Assembly (NCBI GenBank): GCA_031551525.1
Contig: JAVBNN010000030.1
Coordinates: forward strand, 4,107-68,106
Length of the DNA stretch: 64,000 nt
DNA from: Acidaminococcales bacterium
GTDB taxonomy: Bacteria; Bacillota; Negativicutes; Acidaminococcales; JAISLQ01
Reading direction: 5' to 3'
Shown here: piece by piece, positions 59,298-64,000 of the stretch
How the letters are laid out: each line of letters starts with the position of its first letter
Position numbering within the stretch: position 1 is the first letter of the stretch
Made by a program: the position numbers and the translations under genes
The notes under the pieces: generated by a model
What the model saw: the letters and a program-made list of their open reading frames with translations, nothing else
What the model was told of the DNA's origin: nothing
The model's database searches: none

Positions 59298-59922
59298 ATA
59301 CCCCGGGTTTTTTATAACTTTCGAAGGCGCCGACGGGGTCGGAAAGACGACTCAGATAGCCCGCCTGGCAGAATATCTGCAACAGCAGGGGCAAGAGGTC
59401 GTTGTGACTCGGGAACCTGGTGGTACTATGACAGGAGAACGGGTCAGAGAGATACTCCTGGATCCGGGCTGCGATATGGGCGCACACGCCGAGGCGTTAC
59501 TTTATCTTGCGGTACGGGCAGAACATGTTGACAAAAAAGTTTTGCCGGCGATGCGGGCTGGAAAGGTAGTTTTATGTGACCGGTTCAGCGATTCTACCCT
59601 GGTTTATCAGGGCATAGCCAGGGGTTTGCCGATTGATACGTTGGCAGCGATCGACGCCTTTTCCACCGGGGGACTTCAGCCTGACCTGACAATCGTACTG
59701 GACGCGCCGGTGGAAGAGTTGTTCAGGCGTATGGCCGGGCGTGGCGAGGCCGACCGCATGGAAAAATTGGGCATGGCGTTTCAAGATACTGTGCGGGAAG
59801 GATTTCTGACTTTGGCCCGGGAGCATCCAGCCCGGATGGTGGTAGTTAACGCCGCGCGGGAAGTAGACGATATACAAAGTGAGATAAGGGTGTTCGCCGA
59901 TAAGCGTATCCCCGGAAGATAA
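59281..59922 (+). CDS. tmk: thymidylate kinase
   Basis: FITFEGADGVGKTT, TREPGG, CDRF..S..YQG, PDLT. Confidence 0.96.
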   Translation: MMTNNKYPGFFITFEGADGVGKTTQIARLAEYLQQQGQEVVVTREPGGTMTGERVREILLDPGCDMGAHAEALLYLAVRAEHVDKKVLPAMRAGKVVLCDRFSDSTLVYQGIARGLPIDTLAAIDAFSTGGLQPDLTIVLDAPVEELFRRMAGRGEADRMEKLGMAFQDTVREGFLTLAREHPARMVVVNAAREVDDIQSEIRVFADKRIPGR

Positions 59923-59954
59923 ACACCCCGGCAAGGGCCGGCAAGGAGGACAAC

Positions 59955-60407
59955 ATGAAGATCCATTCCCCGACAGGCGGTATTCGCGATGCGTCGATAC
60001 CTGGCGAACGCGACACGATAGATCACGCACAACAGCCGCAAAAACCATTTGGTGCGGAACTGGCGAAAAGCGTCGACGACAATTACCGTGAACGGCTGGA
60101 TAAATTGCTGGAAAAAATCAACGAACAAGGGGCAAAACTCAGCCAAAACCCGACCTACGGCGAACTGCGCTCGTACCGTAATATGGTGCGCAGCTTTATC
60201 GGAGAAGCGGTCAACCGTTCATATACACTGGAAGCTAAATTGGGCTGGGACAACCGTGGCCGCCAGAAGATGTATTCAGTCATCAAAAAGGTGGATGACG
60301 AACTGGCCGGCCTGACCGAGGACGTCAGGGTCGGGCAGGAGCGCCAGCTGTCCATTATGGAACGCTTAGGTGCTATACGCGGCATGCTGGTAGATTTATA
60401 TATATAG
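59955..60407 (+). CDS. yaaR: YaaR/DUF327 family protein
   Basis: I.EQG.KL..Y...V..F...V..VD.EL..L..I.GMLVDLY; position between tmk and holB. Confidence 0.85.
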   Translation: MKIHSPTGGIRDASIPGERDTIDHAQQPQKPFGAELAKSVDDNYRERLDKLLEKINEQGAKLSQNPTYGELRSYRNMVRSFIGEAVNRSYTLEAKLGWDNRGRQKMYSVIKKVDDELAGLTEDVRVGQERQLSIMERLGAIRGMLVDLYI

Positions 60408-60416
60408 GAGAGTCGC

Positions 60417-61409
60417 ATGGTCTGGCAGGATATAATTGGCAACCGGACAACAAAAGTTTTCCTGCAAAAACTGCTCGTCGCAAAGCGGCGGCCGCATGCG
60501 GTATTGCTGGCAGGGCCCGGAGGGATAGGTAAACGTTCCCTGGCCGGGGTGTTTACCGCGGCGCTTTTGTGTGGACAGGGTGACAGCGCCTGCGGGCAAT
60601 GTATAAATTGCCGCCGACTGCGCGAAGGCAGCCATCCTGACTACTTTTTTATCCAGCCGGAACTTAAAAAAGACTCAGAGGTTCGAAAAGACAGCATCGG
60701 TATCGACCAGATAAAAGACCTGATCAGGGAAGCTGCATTCCAGCCGCGTTTATCCGAACAGCGGGTAGCCGTGGTGGACGGCATGGAACTTCTTACTGTG
60801 CAGGCGTCCAACAGCCTTCTGAAACTGCTGGAAGACCCGCCGGCTAACTGGATATTTGTCTTGACGGCCGACGCGTCAGACAAGCTTCTTCCGACTATCC
60901 TGTCCCGGGTGGTGACGCTTGATATGCAGCCACTGTCGGAAGAGGAAATAGTGGTTTTTTTGACAGAAAAGGGAGTGTCGGCAGAGACTGCACGCGCTGC
61001 GGCAGCCCTGGCCGATGGATCACCCGGACGAGCCCTCCAGTACTCCGATCCCGGCATACTGGAAAAAAGGGAAGAAGCGTTATTTTTTTTACGGTGCACT
61101 TTGACAGGCAAAAAAGAAGTCCTGTTCGATGGCTATATAGAGAAAATCGAACGTGAGCAGGCACTGCTAATTTGCGAATTTATCGTCACTCTGGCCCGCG
61201 ATGCCTGGCAAGTCAGACTGGGCCGACTCAACAGCGTGTGGCACAAAGAAAAGGAAACCGAGATAAGGGAACTTTTGAGCGTACTTTCGATAAAAAACCT
61301 TGAATTAATCGTAAAAAACGCGCAGGATACCTGGGCAGCCATTAAAAATGCAGCTAACATACGCTTGGCTATGGAGGGGCTTTATATCGCCCTGACCGAA
61401 GTTGAGTAG
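60417..61409 (+). CDS. holB: DNA polymerase III subunit delta'
   Basis: HAVLLAGPGGIGK, CGQCINC, HPD, NSLLKLLEDP, LLPTILSR. Confidence 0.93.
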   Translation: MVWQDIIGNRTTKVFLQKLLVAKRRPHAVLLAGPGGIGKRSLAGVFTAALLCGQGDSACGQCINCRRLREGSHPDYFFIQPELKKDSEVRKDSIGIDQIKDLIREAAFQPRLSEQRVAVVDGMELLTVQASNSLLKLLEDPPANWIFVLTADASDKLLPTILSRVVTLDMQPLSEEEIVVFLTEKGVSAETARAAAALADGSPGRALQYSDPGILEKREEALFFLRCTLTGKKEVLFDGYIEKIEREQALLICEFIVTLARDAWQVRLGRLNSVWHKEKETEIRELLSVLSIKNLELIVKNAQDTWAAIKNAANIRLAMEGLYIALTEVE

Positions 61410-61460
61410 TTTATAAATAAATAGGCGTTAATAATTTAAGCGCCCGAGTGGAGGAAGAAA

Positions 61461-62315
61461 GTGGTAACAGTAATCGGCATAAGGTTTAAAAAAGCCGCCA
61501 AGATATATTATTTCGACCCGGTGGACAGCGGCGCCCAAAAGGGTGATTTTGCCATAGTGGAAACTGTCCGCGGCATGGAATACGGCGAAGTGGTGATAGG
61601 GCCGCGTGAAGTAGAGGACAAAAAGATCGTCCAGCCGCTCAAACCGGTGTTGAGGAAAGCCACGGCGGACGACGCCAGGAAATTTGCGGAAAACAAGGCG
61701 CGGGAAAAAGAGGCGTTCGCGGTTTGTGAAGAAAAAATAAAAGCACATAACCTGCCGATGCGCCTGGTGGATGTAGAGTTTACATTTGACGTTAACAAGG
61801 TAATCTTCTACTTCACTGCCGAAGGGCGGATAGATTTTCGCGAGTTGGTCAAAGACTTGGCAGCGGTTTTTCGTACGCGCATCGAACTCAGGCAGATCGG
61901 CGTACGCGATGAAGCGAAAATGCTCAACGGGATCGGCTGCTGCGGGCGCCCGCTGTGCTGCGCGACTTTTCTCGGCGATTTTGAACCGGTGTCCATCAGG
62001 ATGGCCAAGGATCAGAACCTGTCGCTCAACCCGGCGAAAATATCCGGCATTTGCAGCAGGCTGATGTGTTGCCTCAAATATGAAAATCATCTATATTCGC
62101 GCAATAAATCCTGCGACAACTGTAAAGGACGCGATCGCGGCGAGTCGTTGCCCAAGACGGGCGAACGAGTACTGACGCCGTTGGGTGAAGGAACGGTAAC
62201 TTCTTTGCACAAAGCGAGCCGTACCGCCGAAGTAAAACTCACGGAAGACAATACCGTCACCGTGTCGTGGGACGAGATCACCAGCGCCGAGGGCTCGGAC
62301 AATGTTATCCTCTAG
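61461..62315 (+). CDS. ricT: PSP1-domain protein RicT/YaaT
   Basis: GIRFKKA..YYF, RIDFRELVK, IELRQIGVRDEAK, CGRPLCC, KISGICSRLMCCLKYE. Confidence 0.93.
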   Translation: MVTVIGIRFKKAAKIYYFDPVDSGAQKGDFAIVETVRGMEYGEVVIGPREVEDKKIVQPLKPVLRKATADDARKFAENKAREKEAFAVCEEKIKAHNLPMRLVDVEFTFDVNKVIFYFTAEGRIDFRELVKDLAAVFRTRIELRQIGVRDEAKMLNGIGCCGRPLCCATFLGDFEPVSIRMAKDQNLSLNPAKISGICSRLMCCLKYENHLYSRNKSCDNCKGRDRGESLPKTGERVLTPLGEGTVTSLHKASRTAEVKLTEDNTVTVSWDEITSAEGSDNVIL

Positions 62316-63042
62316 CCTGGAGCGGCGGGACGAACTGCCAAACGGCTGGCCGATCCTGCAAAGAACCGACCATTTTTGCTTTACTATGGATGCCGTCTTA
62401 CTGGCGGCTTTTCCCATTTTACGCAGGGCATCGCAAGTAGCGGAGCTGGGTACCGGCACAGGGGCAGTATCCCTGCTTTTGTGTGCCCGCCATAACTGCT
62501 CGGTGACTGGCCTCGAACTCGATCCGCTGCTGGCGGAGTTGTGCTCACGGAATGTCCGCTTGAACAACCTTTCTGATCGCGTGAATATAATTAACGCTGA
62601 TGTACGGGATGTGCGCAAGGCTTTTCCGCCGGGCGGATTTGATCTGGTAGTGGCGAATCCTCCTTACCGGCCGGCCGGTAAGGGGCGTTTGCGCAAAGGT
62701 GAACTCGCGCCAGCCTGCCATGAATTGGCTGGGGAAACCCAAGACTTTATCTTCGCTGCCGCCTGGCTGCTCAAATACCGCGGGAAATTTTGCCTGGTGC
62801 AGCTTCCCGAACGGTTGCCCGAACTACTGGCGGTTTGCCGGGAATATAGGCTTGAGCCAAAACGCTTGCAATTTGTGCAGCCATATCAGGATAAAGCGCC
62901 CACCGCTTTTTTGCTGGAAGCGATAAAAGGCGCCCGGCCTGGACTTAATGTCCTGCCTTCTTTGGTGGTGTATAATAAAGACGGCAGCCATACAAAAGAA
63001 CTGCTGGCCTGTTATGATATATCAGGCAGTGTGGATGGATGA
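62302..63042 (+). CDS. yabB: tRNA1(Val) (adenine37-N6)-methyltransferase (YabB/TrmN6)
   Basis: DAVLLA, ELGTGTG, NPPY, CHE, PERL, EPKRL; conserved position before rsmI. Confidence 0.88.
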   Translation: MLSSSLERRDELPNGWPILQRTDHFCFTMDAVLLAAFPILRRASQVAELGTGTGAVSLLLCARHNCSVTGLELDPLLAELCSRNVRLNNLSDRVNIINADVRDVRKAFPPGGFDLVVANPPYRPAGKGRLRKGELAPACHELAGETQDFIFAAAWLLKYRGKFCLVQLPERLPELLAVCREYRLEPKRLQFVQPYQDKAPTAFLLEAIKGARPGLNVLPSLVVYNKDGSHTKELLACYDISGSVDG

Positions 63043-63049
63043 GGTAATT

Positions 63050-63895
63050 ATGGAGAAAAAAGGGAAACTTTTTTTGTGTGCCACGCCCATCGGCAACCTC
63101 GACGATATCACGCTGCGCGCGGCCAAAGCGTTGCGCGCAGCTCCGCTGGTAGCGGCCGAAGACACCAGGCATACCCGTAAACTGCTTAACCATTTGGGAG
63201 CGGAAGGGAAGCTGTTTGGCTATCATGAGCACAACAAAGATGCCGCCGGGCCGATTTTGCTGGACAAGCTAAGAGAAGGCGCGGATATAGTATTGGTGAG
63301 CGATGCCGGTTACCCCGGCATCGCGGATCCGGGTGAAGCGCTGGTGGTCATGGCGATAGCCGAAGGTATAGAGGTAGTGCCTCTGCCGGGAGCAAATGCA
63401 GTCTTGACCGCTCTGGTAGCCTCCGGGTTGCCGACGACACCGTTTTTTTTCGGCGGTTTTTTGCCTAAGACCAAAAAGCACCGGCGGGAAAAGCTGGAAG
63501 ACTGGAAGGATATGCCCCATACGATCATTTTCTATGAAGCGCCGCACCGGATAAAAGATGTGCTACGGGACATAAGAGAAGGCTGGGGCGACCGGAAGAT
63601 AGTATTGGCGCGGGAGCTGACCAAGCTGTATGAAGAGTTTTTCCGCGGCACGGTCACAGAGGCGCTTACTTGGCTGGACGTCAAACCGCCGCGCGGAGAG
63701 TTTACGCTGGTCATAGGCGGGGCGGATGTGCAGCTCGCCGCGGAACCGAATATTTCCGCACTGGAAGCCGCCAGCCGTCTTATTGCAGAAGGTTCGGATA
63801 AAAAAGAGACCATAAAGCAGATCGCCAAAAAGTATGGTATATCCAAGCGGCAGCTTTATCAGGAGCTTTTGCAAGAGAGCAGCCAAAAAATATAG
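63050..63895 (+). CDS. rsmI: 16S rRNA (cytidine1402-2'-O)-methyltransferase
   Basis: ATPIGNLDDIT, AEDTRHT, VSDAGYPGIADPG, YEAPHR, RELTKLYEE, RGEF. Confidence 0.96.
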   Translation: MEKKGKLFLCATPIGNLDDITLRAAKALRAAPLVAAEDTRHTRKLLNHLGAEGKLFGYHEHNKDAAGPILLDKLREGADIVLVSDAGYPGIADPGEALVVMAIAEGIEVVPLPGANAVLTALVASGLPTTPFFFGGFLPKTKKHRREKLEDWKDMPHTIIFYEAPHRIKDVLRDIREGWGDRKIVLARELTKLYEEFFRGTVTEALTWLDVKPPRGEFTLVIGGADVQLAAEPNISALEAASRLIAEGSDKKETIKQIAKKYGISKRQLYQELLQESSQKI

Positions 63896-63919
63896 TATGT
63901 GAAGTAAAGGAGACGTTAG

Positions 63920-64000
63920 ATGCTGTTAAGTGAAAAACTCGAACACTCTGGAGGATTCCTTTTCCGGTGGCGCGGCTATTTGCCACTTATTTTCCTGGGC
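63920..64000 (+). CDS. partial gene (5' end), possible lipid A phosphate methyltransferase LmtA / ICMT-like membrane protein
   Basis: RBS AAAGGAG; MLLSEKLEHSGGFLFRWRGYLPLIFLG open to the window edge; only 27 codons visible. Confidence 0.5.
   Translation, partial: MLLSEKLEHSGGFLFRWRGYLPLIFLG

Noticed and set aside
1-64000. CRISPR arrays, tRNA/rRNA genes, prophage or defence genes
   Set aside because: None recognised. Intergenic spaces are short and explained by promoters, terminators and riboswitches.

Overview
Chromosomal window from a diderm Firmicute, most likely Negativicutes. Evidence: an OmpM-like outer-membrane barrel, a Selenomonas-type lysine/ornithine decarboxylase and a possible lipid A methyltransferase, alongside Firmicute-type ricT/yaaR genes and sigmaH-like promoters. 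A perfect parS palindrome (2899-2914), the serS...yaaO-tmk-yaaR-holB-ricT-yabB-rsmI block and mostly + strand genes suggest an origin-proximal location. Most of the window is housekeeping: rubrerythrin, a pantothenate operon behind a pan-like RNA leader, rmuC, a hybrid kinase, metQ, trmB-ftsW-ftsI-like genes, folD, cheR, an MCP, a glycine riboswitch with gcvT-H-PA-PB-lpdA, serC, udg and serS. The stand-out is a 14.4 kb accessory block (35.1-49.5 kb) that looks like a complete synthase-dependent exopolysaccharide system I cannot match to a named one. It encodes a PgaC-PgaD fusion, an SLH-less porin, a TviB/WbpO-type UDP-HexNAc dehydrogenase, two paralogous multi-CE4 deacetylases, a PilZ-like domain fused to a hyaluronan-synthase-like GT2, a degenerate PgaB/IcaB-like protein and a GH18 lipoprotein. 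Several apparent pseudoenzymes or variant enzymes are also visible: a UxaE-like protein, a GAFTGA-less activator, a His-less HPt domain, a monofunctional-type FolD and an NADPH-motif-less TrxR. No tRNA, rRNA, CRISPR array or mobile element was seen. All family calls come from motif recognition by eye, not from database searches.
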